From Pelomyxa schiedti (Eukaryota > Protista > Evosea), in contig JAHLWZ010000004.1 of the NCBI GenBank assembly GCA_020536535.1, positions 404,884 to 457,672 of the forward strand: a DNA stretch of 52,789 nucleotides, read 5' to 3'. Each line of letters opens with the position of its first letter. Positions within the stretch are counted from its first letter, which is position 1. The notes beneath the pieces were generated by a model. The model worked only from the letters and a program-made list of their open reading frames with translations, was not told where the DNA came from and searched no databases. The position numbers were made by a program, and so were the translations under genes. Positions 1 through 11,888 of this stretch are shown here, one piece after another.

Positions 1-157
1 GTTTGTTTGTTTGTTTGTTTGTTTGTTTGTTTGTTTGTTTGTTTGTTTGTTTGTTTGTTTGTTTGTTTGTTTGTTTGTTTGTTTGTTTGTTTGTTTGTTT
101 GTTTGTTTGTTTGTTTGTTTGTTTGTTTGTTTGTTTGTTTGTTTGTTTGTTTGTTTG
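1..157. repeat. (GTTT)n tetranucleotide microsatellite, about 39 units, truncated by the window edge
   Basis: Perfect gttt repeats from position 1 to about 157, followed by unique sequence. Confidence 0.97.
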
Positions 158-206
158 GGTAAACCATTCACATAGAATTATTGAGAAAGCTGTATCTCCT
201 TACAAC

Positions 207-1084
207 ATGGAGATTCCTGGTGGGGCCGACAACTACAATTTGCAGTACACCTATATGAAGGAAAGTGTCCCCACATGGCTGCTTTGCATTCTTGCTTTTG
301 TGTACGCAAAAAATACTTCCAGTGTGGAATCTTATGCCTTGGTAGCGTCCCGACATTGGCTGTGATATGTATTAATTTAGCTCTGTACGCCCTCCGCTGC
401 CGAAGGTCCGGATATACTGCGTTCGCACATGACACTCACAACTTCATCCTTGGAATTGTGGAGTTTTTTGCTCTGGCTATTTTATTTGCATCAATAGGGA
501 AGGTTCGAGGTCTCCTCTTGTTCCTCATTGTAATCACTTGCACAGGTTGTAGCTGGCAGATACAGGTAACTCCTCGAAACGCATCCTCCTCCAACATCTT
601 TCAGCTTTATTTATATCCCTAAGACCCAATTACTTTAACATGCCCGATGATGTGCGTGAATCACAAGGCAGGAAGAGCTTCCCTAGTGGTCACTCCACAA
701 TCGCATTTGGAGGATTCACCTTCTTGAGCCTCTATCTTGCAGGCAAACTGAAGTATGAAACCCATAGGTAGCACTCTCTTAAGTTGCAAACAGAGCTTTT
801 GTAGACACGTCGGGTCAACTCTGGAAACTCATCTTGGTTCTTCTACCTGAGATTCCAGCCCTCTTAATAGCTCTGAGGTAAAGCAATAAGCATTTGTAAT
901 CTCATAGTTACGCAGCCGGACCCGTGATTACTACCATGACTTCTCAGACATTGTTGCCGGTGCCGGTCTAGGGATCGCTATAGCCTTTGTCTGCTACAAC
1001 TCACTCTACTACCCTCTCAACCACCCCAATTGCAATGAACCAAAGAGGAGGACCCCTATAGTATCTCTCCCTCTACGGAGATAG
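207..1084 (+). CDS. Lipid phosphate phosphatase (PAP2 superfamily), multi-exon. Proposed exons 207-321, 381-502, 546-565 (20-nt micro-exon), 624-767, 916-1084.
   Basis: The three PAP2 motifs are reconstituted only after splicing. Motif 1 reads K-VVAGRY-RP (KxxxxxxRP) across two introns, motif 2 is SFPSGHS, and motif 3 is [16 protein letters not shown] (SRxxxxxHxxxD). There is a hydrophobic N-terminal exon. TAG stop at 1082-1084 and AATAAA at 1117-1122. The exact start and the first exons are uncertain. Confidence 0.62.
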
Positions 1085-1116
1085 TGCACACTATGGCCTT
1101 ATTCTACTTTACAACA

Positions 1117-1122
1117 ATAAAG
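1117..1122 (+). promoter_or_regulatory. AATAAA polyadenylation signal downstream of the PAP2 stop
   Basis: aataaa lies 33 nt after the TAG at 1082-1084. Confidence 0.5.
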
Positions 1123-1192
1123 AAGAACAGAATCCCAAATATGGAAAATTTCCCTTTTTTTTTTTTAATCCGAGGATAGGTCATTCATTTCC

Positions 1193-2226
1193 TTAAGACT
1201 TCTTTTTCCCTTTGCCTCTTCCTGCTCCTTTTCCTGTCGAGGCTTTCGCTCCCGGTTTTGCACTTGGATTGGGTGCTGTGGTCTCTGCCGACGGTGGTAC
1301 CGACGCCGATTGCTGTTGTTGCTGGTGCTGCTGATGTTGTAAATGCTTCTGGCGCAGTTTTTCAGCGGCGGCCTGGCTGCTGTGCTGTGCCGCGGGGTGG
1401 TGTGCCTGGGCTGGAGCAGCGGCGGGCTCGGCTGGGGTTACTTTGGCCACTGGGAGCTCGGTTTGCTTGGGGAAAGGGCACCGCATGGCAAAGGCATCTT
1501 CTTGATCGGCATAATAATGCTCCTCAACATCATGAACCCTTTTGAGGGAAAAAAAAAGTTAAACGAAGGGTAACATTTAACGAAAACTGGTACGCACTTG
1601 TAGCCTAGAGTGTCCTTGTATAAAGCCAAAGCAGCACGGTTGCCTCTCCTAACATGAAGGGACACATAGTGCGCTCCAAAAGAGTCTATCATGCATTGAT
1701 CTGGAAAAGCCATTGGTAAGGTGGTTTTGTGGGTAAGTCAAGATACGGGATTGTCTTAGCAATTTGGTTGCTATTCCGAGCTTTCTGTATGACCTCAAAA
1801 CTGATATGGACGTAATGTGCCCGTGTGGTTCTTCAGCTTCCTCCTCCCTAAAAACGAAATAGGTTAAACAAAACAAGTTTTAGGGCATATTGTTAAGAGG
1901 GTTTTAACTTATTAAGTGGTTATTGTCGTTTTGCTTGTTTTGTATGGTTTTAAAGCGGAACGGATCAATACATTTTTGCAAGTACGTAACCCACGATGCG
2001 ACCGTGGTCGTTTACGGCCACGAACGACAATTGCGGCCAAGACATAAGATGGTAGTAGTAATACTTCATCTGGTAGTTCTCGGGCAAACACGTCAAGTTG
2101 CAGTTCTGCATCCCGGGCAGATCGTCCACCTACGAGGTATGAGATTTATGAGCGATTCATTGCGACTGTTGTTGTTGTCGCAGATTATGATTCCCGGCGC
2201 ACCGTGGCTCGTCTAATCGACACCAT
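1193..2226 (-). CDS. NAA10: N-alpha-acetyltransferase catalytic subunit (NatA Naa10/ARD1-like). Exons 2226-2203, 2129-1972, 1857-1747, 1700-1598, 1538-1193.
   Basis: Spliced product reads MVSIRRAT|[27 protein letters not shown]...IVGYVLAKM|[30 protein letters not shown]...[26 protein letters not shown]|[19 protein letters not shown], then a Q/K-rich tail. This is collinear with Naa10 (MNIRCARPDDL...[12 protein letters not shown]...HGHITSLAV...YVSLHVRKSNRAALHLY...). Donors are gtgcgc/gtattg/gtatct/gtgcgt, all acceptors end AG, TAA stop at 1193-1195. Confidence 0.85.
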
Positions 2227-2368
2227 TTCCCGTTGATTTCGTCGGATATTTTTTTTTTTTGTTTAATTTTTCCCTTTTTTTTTTTCAAATCTGCTGAGCA
2301 CTTGCTCTCTTGCCAAGGGCTTTGTTTGTAACCTCAAAGGAGCGAAACTATGTTGGTGTCCATCATGA

Positions 2369-5300
2369 TCACGACAGTAGGAAGCACCCGGGGAGATACG
2401 AGAGGCCTGTAGGGGGAAGCTTCTCTGTGGGAGCACCCGAGACGGAGGCCAGCCACCACAGAGTGTGCTGAAGAACCGGGTGCAGAATCCCGGCAGAGTT
2501 CAGCCTGCCCACGCACTCCTGTACAACCACAAGTAGCGGCGCGGAGTCCTCCGGGCCCGCGCACTTGAGCAGCACCGGCGCCGTGAGCACGCTGTAGACT
2601 GCGCCGAACACCTCCTGCTCGAACGTGAGCCACTGCGGCCATATGCTGGTGGTGATTGTAGTCTGCAGCCACGCGGTCATGGTTGTGAGCCGCTCTATGA
2701 CCTTGGCTAGGTGCGGAGTGACGAGGGTCTTGAGCTCTTGCTTGATTGCGTTGTGCTGCTGCTGCTGTTGTTGCTGCTCTGGTGTAAATTGGGTGATGGT
2801 GAGAAGAGACTGCAGAGAAAGCTGAACGAGTAGAGCTTCCTCGGAGAAGAAGTTGTCTGGTTCTACCTCGAACAGCCGTTGTGCGTTGTTGTATGGGCTG
2901 TCGAACAGCGGTGTGTTTGATGCTGAGAGGCAGATGTTGTTCACAAGGTACGCCAGCCACTGGTGCTGCGCACTTGATGGATTTTCTGGTGAAGTGGGCG
3001 GTACGTTCAGGCACCAGTTTGTTAACGCACTGAAAAGTTTTTCAGTGGCAACTGGGGGACAAAGAGGAGTGTGCCCAAGGGAACTGGCTATAATTCTGGC
3101 CATGTGGGATCTTACTTCATAGTCATCATCTTGGAGAAGTGTTATGGCTACTTGTGCCAGTGACATTATGGTGCAAGGATCTGTTTCCAATATGAATCAC
3201 TCAAAAGCAAAAGAAATGTCATACCACTATGGTCGAAATGGCATAAAGCACTGGGTACAAAAATAGTTTCAAGTGCAGAAACTATACTACTTCTACGCGG
3301 GATGGGGCAAGCGGGTTGCGAGTCAGATTGAACCAGCTCCAAAAAGAAGGTGAGATTTTCATTTTCAGACACGCCTACACAAAAGGTAAGTACTTTTGAA
3401 TAATAAATACAAAACCTACTGTGATGACATCCTAGAAAGCCTTTTACAACGTGTCCCATCAATACGACAATAGACGGCCTTAAAGCCTGCTCCTTTAAAG
3501 CCAAAGCCTTCAAGAAAGAAAACAGATCATTTCTATTCACCACATCTGTCTTGACGATACTTCCGAGAGCATACATTACTCTTTTCAAGCATTTCAAATG
3601 TGGCTCCTTTCAATGGTGAGAAGACGCAGCAAATAAAAATCTTACATGGAAAACCATCGAATACAACAGTCGAGCAACTTCCAGGTCCTTGGGTGTACTC
3701 AAGCTGGGCCAGTAATGATGCTTACAAATGAAATTCAGACACACAGCTCGGACATCGTAGCTTGTGTGTTGTAGGAAATACAATAGCATATCAACAAGAG
3801 TTTTTCCAGATGTAGAAATGTCTATTAAGAAATATAAATTGCTTGCAAGGTAAACTGTGGAAGAAAACCTGGCCAGTCAGAAGTGATGTGCAGTGAGAAA
3901 GTGGTGGCAGCCTTTTGATGTGAACAAAGCATCACAGACGAACCAACATATTTTGAATTTGGCTGAATTGTGGCGGCAGAGTATGCTATTTCTGCTGCAA
4001 AGACCAGGAAATCATGTAGTCCACCATTCAAGGGAGAGATTTTTTTAAGGTGACAGCAAATCATGTCAGTCAACCTCAGCATTGCTGTGCTGATAGGGAA
4101 ACAATAATGTGAGTCGGAGTTTCCTCCACATCTGGCAAGCCACATTTTTGGTGTCAGTAAACCGAGAACTTGGCTCAAAAATTCCTAATTTAAAGATTAA
4201 ATCTATAGTAGTATAACAGGCGCCACTCACTTGGTTGGAAGCCTGGTCAAGGGAATGTTGCAGTAATGCATGTATTTGAAGAATTACTCCGTGAGTGCAG
4301 TTATGAGAGTGGCCAGATGCTATCTCATCGGGCAGACACTGTATCAGTTGGGTCAGCATGGAGGGTAGTGACACAGGGTTCACGAGTGGAACAATGGCGG
4401 CACTTGCAACTTCTCTCACTCTGGAAGGAAAGAAACTCAGGTTGAATAAAAAAAAGGATGAACTCCTTACTTCATGTAAGGGTGTGCTGAACACTTCAAA
4501 ACCATCTGAATGAATGGCAGTGGATCTTTGGTTGTTACTGTGGTGTCATAGGGCTGCAACTTGGATAGAAGAAGTAAGAGAGAGAACATGCTGGGCTGCA
4601 GAAGTTCTGAAGAAACACCATCCGACAACTTATGGATAAAACCAAGGAAATAGTCATATCTGACAAAACATTAGTGAGTTGGTTGGACGAGGAAAGTAAA
4701 GTACAGCAATGGATAAAGCGAGAAAATTTCATTGAAGGACACAACTCCAACGCCTCGGTTCAAGGCAGACTCAAACAGCATTGTGACTGAGTTACGAATG
4801 GCCCAGTTGGGTGACGCAAAGCATTCAAAAATGATTATAAAGATCCTGTCCAAGAATGAACTGACATCTGTGCATTTCCTTTAAAAAAAGAAAGTGGACC
4901 CTTGTTGCACACAATCAGAAACGGATTTTACACGCAGTAAGAATGTAAGCATGTTGATAGCGTGAACTTGAGCAGTCTGAACGCTTTCAGAGGTTTCACT
5001 GGGATTTGCTAGCTGCAACACTTCCGGAAAGTAACATAACTGGAGTCAAGTTTTTGTTTGTATGGAGAAAAGGTGTACATTGTTCAATAGTCATATTCAA
5101 TAGGTAATTAACAGCACCCTTTTCTGCTGCCTCAGCTTGAAGTACTCCTGCAATACAGAACGGCATCCCAGCACTACGCCTGGTTATGTGTTGCGTCTGC
5201 GGTGAACCCAGAGATGTGAGTACGTTCCTAATCCAACTTTCTGGAAGTAGACGTAGTTCTGGTGAGGTGCTGTGAAGTAACTTATCACACAAGATTTTGT

Positions 5301-8300
5301 ATCCTTCAGCCGTTTTTTCAATTGCCCCCTTGTGACGAGTTGATAAAAGAACATCTGCACAAGAAAAGAATTGTATTAGTGCTTAGAAGAATCAGTGTGT
5401 AAAGTGACAATACTGAGAAGAAGTTCGCCCAGTTGCTTCACCTGACTTACTGTGAGAAGTTCCTCAGATGTTTTACACGTTATGAGGGACACCAAAGCAC
5501 CAACGAGAAGGCTGGTCTCCTTGACACATAACCAGCAACAGACTGTAACGAGTTGACCCTCCTCACTTCTTAAATCTGGCGAGTGCTCGTGATTTTCGGT
5601 ACTTAATACATCGGGGTCATATCCCTCAGGTGCTAGATCTGCAACCACAGGCAATACTATTGCGGAAACCTTGTGTATGCATTCGCACAGATCAGACAGC
5701 AACGTCCGCAAAAGTGCACGTTCCTGGCTCGTGGAAGGAGCGTAAAAATGCGTGGTATCAACAATGTGGCGAAGAGCAGCCAGAAGGCCATGCATCGGAG
5801 CCTGACGAGCAGCAGCTATCAGGTTGCTAGAGGCAAGTGCCATTTGTGATTTCAATGCTTTAATAAGTTGGCTGGAGAAAGCTACTGCACTGATTGGAAG
5901 GGCCTGGGGGGCTGTCAAACTGGTGACAGAAATATGCCACTGTGAGTTCTCATCCACAGTAAGCTGAACGTCCCAGCTGCTCCCTTTGTTTATGTCACTT
6001 ACTAATAAGAGGAAAAAACGGCGAAAAAAAACCTGATATCAATTTGGTAAGAACAATGCAGAGGAGGCGGGCACCAGTGTCAGCCTGGAACATTCGAGGA
6101 CTGCGAATAAGGTGGACAGCCCACTGAAGCATAAGTTTAACTCCTTCAATGGATCCAAAACCGGGAAGTGGCTGAGGGAAAGATTGCAGAATACCAAAAA
6201 TCGCCAATCTGCATCTTTCCACTGGCGTACACAGAGCTCCCAATAGTAATGTGGCTTTTGCGGGTGTGTAAAGCTTTGGGTTTTGAGTAATTTTTATCTA
6301 TACAGTCAAGGTAACCTCAAAGAACTTGTTTTTGAAATCAGGTGGGAATGATTTCACAAGAATAGATAGTGACACTAAAGCAAATAGCATCCTTTCACGG
6401 CAAGCATTTGGATACAAGGTTGCAACAGAGGCATCAGCAAGCCAATTGGAAAATGCTCTGACCTGAGAATAAATTTGTTACAATATTGCCTGGGGGGAAA
6501 GAAGCAACCTGCTGCTCAACAGGAGACAGGGTATTTGTGGCTGCACGCACCCTATTTATGAATTTAGGAAGCAACCCAGCTATTTTTTGCCTCGAGTTTT
6601 GTGTTGTATGAGCAGAGCCAAGAAGCATGAAAGTGCGCATTAGTTGAAGCTGCATTCCAACAGTAATGTGAGTTTTTCGTTGATACGAAGGCTAAAACCT
6701 CAGCTACTGTCGGTGCTTCCAGTGATTTAGTGGATACTGTGATGAGCTCAAGCGCAGATAAACTGACAGCCTCCTCAGTGTGAGACAGACATTCACTTAA
6801 AAGAGAATCAAATGAGAAGGGGGTTTGAGCTTGCACTAAAGTCTACAATTGAGGAAGGGTGAACGAAATTGTGATGCAAGGTGCAGGCATACCTGTAATG
6901 AAGCAGAGTCTACCAAATCACTACTGCGTGCATATGTAAGGACAGAAATCAGGGTTTGAACAATTGCTTCATGGGGAGCTCCAGAAATGGAAATAGCGTG
7001 AACAATGTTTGGGATAGACTGGGGCATATGACGCAGAATTACAGGAAGGCTGTGTTCGGCCACGCGTGTAAAAGATTCATCCCCTTTGCCTGCTAAGCTT
7101 AAGAGTGTACTCACAAGAGGTGAAATTATTTGGCCTTCACAGAACTGTCTATCATGCATCTTTTTAAGGAGTTAAATTGCATTGAATGGTATTGTGGTAT
7201 TGATGATGAACCTTGGCCATTTTCTCCATGAAACTATCCAAAAAAAGGGAAGCTTGGAGACGGACTGTGAATACTCCCAGGGAAACAAGGGTTGTTTTTA
7301 CTATGTGAGGGCACATTTGTAGCATTTGTGTTGGCGTGATGTCACTCAACAAAGTTCTCTGCATTCCAGTTAAAAAAAAAACGGAAAAAATATGGCAAAC
7401 CAGAGGTGAGTATTTGGCTCGGTGCTCTCCAGAGAGATTCAGAATCTTCTGTACTAAGGACAGGACAAACTGGGGAACACCTTGTGCGTGAGGGAATATA
7501 GTACGATGCAGGTCCATGAGTATTGTGAAGTTCTGCTGGGACTGCTGAAGCACATTGGCAGCGGGGGTGTTCCAATGACGCCAAAGAATGTCTTTAGGGG
7601 AGTAAATTTGGAACACAATTGTGGAAGCCTGTACCAAGGGTGTCAACAAAAACAGTTTTGAAGAAAGCATCCCAGGAGACAAGAAATTTATTTCCTATTT
7701 CCTGGATAGAGATAAGCTGCTTAACTTCGAGAAAAATAGATACAGATAGGTCTGAGATTCCCGATATAACTTTCTGTAATCTGACAAGACATGCTTGTAG
7801 TGTCATAAGTGCAAAAAATGCATGAAACTGCACAGACACAGATTTACAGACACGTAGAGCAACAGGAAGAACCTAATATTATGGTGAAATATTTGTGGTA
7901 AAAAGTGTGTTACTTACGTAATCATACAGGAGAGTGCCAGATCTCCTTTCTCCTTCAAGGAGAGGAATTTGCAAAGTGAGATAATCCTCAGTCACGGGGG
8001 GAACAAGCACAACACCACGAATGATACTCATAAGTGGTAAGACACCAGCAGGTGAATGTAAAACAGTAATAGACTCAGTAGAAACAACCGGCAAACAGCT
8101 GACTCCCGCAGTGCCTGCTGATTGCTCCATCGAGGTTATTTTTACTGGTGTAAGAACCCGCTGAATCAGCATTGCCACACTTTTTGCACTTCCGCATAGG
8201 CACAATATTTGTGCAATAGCCATCCCTGATGAGGAGAGACATGATTTAGAACACCACTTTTGCAGGCATATTTGTATTAAAGCTTGCAAAAGCTCCTTAG

Positions 8301-9213
8301 GGCCTTTTTTGTCATCTAGAGATTTTGTAGTATTTGAACCATTGAAAACACTGCTAAAAAAATTGCCCACTGCAGAAGGAAGTCGCGAGCATGTCAGAAC
8401 AAATGTCTTGATAACCAAATCACACTCGTTGACAGCAATTTCAGTAACTACTTCATTAATGTGCTCAAGCTGCTGCAGTTTACTCAAATGAAGCGCCAGA
8501 GTTGTCGCAAATGCTGAAGTGATAAGCTCGACCATCGAGGGATGAGAAAGGTGGGGAATTGCCACAGTTGCATCTAGCAACTGCGAAATCAGAGTTAGCA
8601 CAGCAGAGCAGTGCTCAACGCGAGCCTCTGCGCCACTGCAAATCCCGGCCAGCTCACTCTTAAACCACGCGAACAGCCTTTCAGCCTGCCGCGAAGCCAC
8701 CTGAGTGCTCACGGCATTGAACAGGGAAGCGCACCCCGCTCTCAACTGCGTGTGCTGCTCACCCGAGTGCATCAGATACTCACAAGCAACATCGCACGCG
8801 AGCTCGGCGCTCTGACAGACCTCGAAATTGGCACTTTCGAGAGCGGCTGCGCTCGCCGCGTCTTTTCCGGCGTCGCTCAGCGCCGACGCCATCTTGCTCA
8901 GGGCCACAAACTGCGCCTTTCCATTACCGCCGGATGCGATCAACTGCGCCAGCAACGCGCCCACGTCTACTGGCCTTTTCTTGCCTTTGGTTTGCTGTTG
9001 CGACTGCGGATCTTGCGTGTCCGGTACTTGAGCGGCTGCGGCGGCGGTGTCGCAGTTAGATCTGTGGGCGAGTACGACGCGCTTGTATTCTTCGAAAGCG
9101 GACGTGAGCCTGGCGATGACGTCACGGGGCAGATCTAGTGGCAAATCGCCCTTCTTGGTGTCGCGAACCCTCTGTTGTTGTTTGTGCTGGTCGCGGTCCG
9201 CTCGGTACGCCAT
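2369..9213 (-). CDS. THADA: Very large multi-exon gene (more than 10 exons). Probable THADA/Trm732-family (DUF2428, ARM/HEAT-like) tRNA 2'-O-methylation partner protein.
   Basis: A chain of minus-strand ORFs spans about 6.8 kb: 9258-7879 (459 aa first exon, likely start MAYRADRD near 9213), 7682-7164, 7159-6836, 5957-5376, 5292-4996, 4494-4066, 3597-3166 and 3190-2369. Exon 5292-4996 carries ITRRSAGMPFCIAGVLQ, matching the conserved RRSAGLP(F) motif I recall from the THADA/Trm732 DUF2428 family. The rest is helical low-complexity sequence typical of ARM/HEAT proteins. Exon junctions were not resolved. Confidence 0.5.
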
Positions 9214-9544
9214 GGTGAAAAAAAAAAGAGTCGGTGATGGTTCACGGAAAACGGGCACCCGTTTCTTTTTTTTTGAAACGCATCACACTCAGTCAATAAT
9301 GATGGTTGCTTGTGGAATACGCTGTTGTGGTGTTTGAGGTGGTTGAGGGTGAGGCGCAGGAGCCGGGAGGGCGCCGCGCGCAACGTCAGGCATCTCGGGA
9401 ATGCGGTTTGCTTCCTCCTCCGCCTTATTCTTTTTCAGCAAGGCTTCAAAGCAGTGAAAAAGCTGAGCTTCCCTTTCTTCAATCTTCTCCTTTGGCGCCT
9501 TTGGATTGCTGGTGAGCCAGGTGAGTATTTCGTCACACGTTTGC

Positions 9545-11341
9545 TTAGTCTGGATACAAGTTAGGGAAAACTAAACAAAAGTGGATGCTCACCTGGTGCA
9601 CGTTTTCCTCAAGACGGGCCTGTGCCCTATGGCGCCTTTTTTCCGCTTCCCTTCTGAGGTGGTATGCTTCCTGTTTCATGGCCGCAATTTGCTCTCGTGT
9701 GAGTCCAATCCTCAAGTCATTCAGGGCGACCTTTCTGCTCGTATCACTCTCCGCAGTTACATCCACCATACCATATCTGTCACAATTGAAGGTCACAAGC
9801 ACCAGCTTTTCCCCATCTCTATTTGTGGGCAGCAGAGGCAGTTTAAACTCACCCAGACAGATACCCCTGCCTTGAATCACCCTGATTGTTACACTCGCAC
9901 TCCTGTTGCTGGTGTAGATATGACCCACAATCCTGAATGGAAACCCCTTGTTCTTTGGCACAATGACTTTCACTTTGGTGTCTGGTTTCTCGACACCAAG
10001 GCTGTGAGGAGTTACGTCAAGCAGCAGAATATCGTTAAGACAAGGGCTGGACTTGGCGGCGCCGGAGAGAATAGCAGCCTGCACAGCTGCACCATGTGCC
10101 GCGGCCTCCTCCCAATTACGGATATTGTTCGGCTGTAATCTGTGATCGAAAAGCTCTGAGACCAACTTCTGTATCATGGGGATCTGGGCGGATCCGCCAA
10201 CCATGATGACCTCACAAATGCTTATCTTAGAAACCGGTGGATCTTGAGATTGCAGTACTTGATCAATTAGGCCCACAGTTGATCTGAAAAACTGCTTGTT
10301 GACTTGCTCAAAAAAAGAGCGAGTAATCTTGCCCAAGTAGTTGATGCCAGCCAATAAGTCATTAATTTCCACAATGGCCTCTTCTTTCTCAGAAAGTGTT
10401 ATCTTGGCCCGCTCACAGGCAGTGCGAAGCATTCCCAGAGCTCTAGAATCACAATGCAGGTCCTTGTTGAATGTGGTCCTGAAGTCAGTTGCAAAGTGCT
10501 CCACCAAATTATGGTCGAGCTCCTCTCCACCAAGATGTGTGTTTCCAGCAGTCGCCAAGACATGAAGTACTCCTCCATTCGCAAGAAGTAGAGTGACATT
10601 CACTGTACCACCTCCAATATCGAAAACAACGATGTGGCCATCTTTTCGGTATCCCATAGCCACTGCAGTCGATTCATCTATGAGCCTAACTGGATGGAGA
10701 CCTGCGATTACCGCCGCGTCCCGAGTGGCTTTTCTCTGTACTTCGTTGAAATCCGCTGGGCACCTGTTGGGAGATATGCGGGATGAGAAGGATAAAGAGA
10801 AGCACAGGGACACAAACGTGATAACTGCCTGGTTGAACGACTTTCCCAAGTAGGATTCGGCAATATCCTTCATCTTTGCAAGGACCAGTGACAAAATTTC
10901 TTCTGGCGTGATCAACTTGATAATACCACAGTCTCTCACTTGAATAAGTGGGAGCCCAGAGTTGTCAACGATCTTGAACGGCCAGTTCCTCATGTCAGCC
11001 TGAAGGTTAGCATCCCCTGTCTTCCTCCCAATGATCCTCTTGATATCAAAAATGGTGCACTCTCGATTTCGCTCAATCTGCGCCACTGCCGCCTCCCCAA
11101 CGAGCGGCCCTCGGTCTGTGAACGCCACGCAAGTTGGAGTGGAGATGTTCCCCAGCTCGTTTGGCAGTACCTTCACCACACCACCCCTCCACACTGCGAC
11201 GCGACAATACGTAGTACCAAAGTCTATTCCAACACCGATGGGCTCCTCTGCAGCAGATGTTACCGGTAACGCCACGAACGAGGAACCTGTGGTTGTTCCC
11301 GCAGATCCCAATGCAGATGGAGGTACTGATGTCGCCGACAT
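9545..11341 (-). CDS. Hsp70-family chaperone, divergent cytosolic-type, with one 54-nt intron at 10764-10817
   Basis: Continuous 635-aa ORF with IDFGTTYCRVAV, DIGGGT, IKRIIGRK and the usual NBD/SBD collinearity (about 45% identity to Hsc70 by eye). The stretch AVIT[fvslcfslsfssrispnrc]PADFNEVQRKAT holds a gtttgt...caacag intron that happens to be in frame. There is an S/T-rich N-terminal extension; the likely start is MSATSVPPS at 11341. No C-terminal EEVD. Confidence 0.85.
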   Translation of the reverse strand: MSATSVPPSALGSAGTTTGSSFVALPVTSAAEEPIGVGIDFGTTYCRVAVWRGGVVKVLPNELGNISTPTCVAFTDRGPLVGEAAVAQIERNRECTIFDIKRIIGRKTGDANLQADMRNWPFKIVDNSGLPLIQVRDCGIIKLITPEEILSLVLAKMKDIAESYLGKSFNQAVITFVSLCFSLSFSSRISPNRCPADFNEVQRKATRDAAVIAGLHPVRLIDESTAVAMGYRKDGHIVVFDIGGGTVNVTLLLANGGVLHVLATAGNTHLGGEELDHNLVEHFATDFRTTFNKDLHCDSRALGMLRTACERAKITLSEKEEAIVEINDLLAGINYLGKITRSFFEQVNKQFFRSTVGLIDQVLQSQDPPVSKISICEVIMVGGSAQIPMIQKLVSELFDHRLQPNNIRNWEEAAAHGAAVQAAILSGAAKSSPCLNDILLLDVTPHSLGVEKPDTKVKVIVPKNKGFPFRIVGHIYTSNRSASVTIRVIQGRGICLGEFKLPLLPTNRDGEKLVLVTFNCDRYGMVDVTAESDTSRKVALNDLRIGLTREQIAAMKQEAYHLRREAEKRRHRAQARLEENVHQVSIHFCLVFPNLYPD

Positions 11342-11888
11342 GTTATTGTGCTTGTTGTTGGATCTCGCCCTGAGCGTTTGTGTTGTTATTTTTTTTGTGG
11401 TTATGAAATTATCCAGGTGATGAAGCCAAAAAAAGATCGACGCCTGTGGCACCCAGAATCATTTTGGTGGGCCATAGACGCCGTAGAAAGATGAAAGAAA
11501 AGAGGAATTGGGATTTTAGGTGCTTAGTTTTCAGACACGATTTAATTAACGTCAATACGCCACATAGATCTTGGGAAAAAGGGGTTTTCAGGAATGGACG
11601 CAGGGGATATGTCAAAGGGCTGACGTAATGACAGGTGTGACAAACGGGCTTAGATTTTCTATCCAAATATTTTTAGCTCGCCACAATTGGGTCAATTTGA
11701 AAAAAAAAACTGGAGGAAACAACAAACGGGAAACGGTTCCCGTTTTCTTGTTTTTTGGGATTTTTTTCTTTTTTGTTTGCCAGTTGAGTGTGTTTAGAAT
11801 ACTGCAAAACTGATTGTCATATGTAGTTTACATGGGCTCCACCATATTTATCGTAATGTATAGTTGTACAGTTGTCATAATCCCCCAG

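Noticed and set aside
2334-9138. Long ORFs antisense to, or out of frame with, the THADA-like exons (e.g. 2334-3014 -, 2625-2825 +, 8611-9138 +, 8828-9031 +)
   Set aside because: They overlap stronger, homology-supported exons on the minus strand and are Arg/Ala/Cys-rich, as expected for chance ORFs in GC-richer coding sequence.
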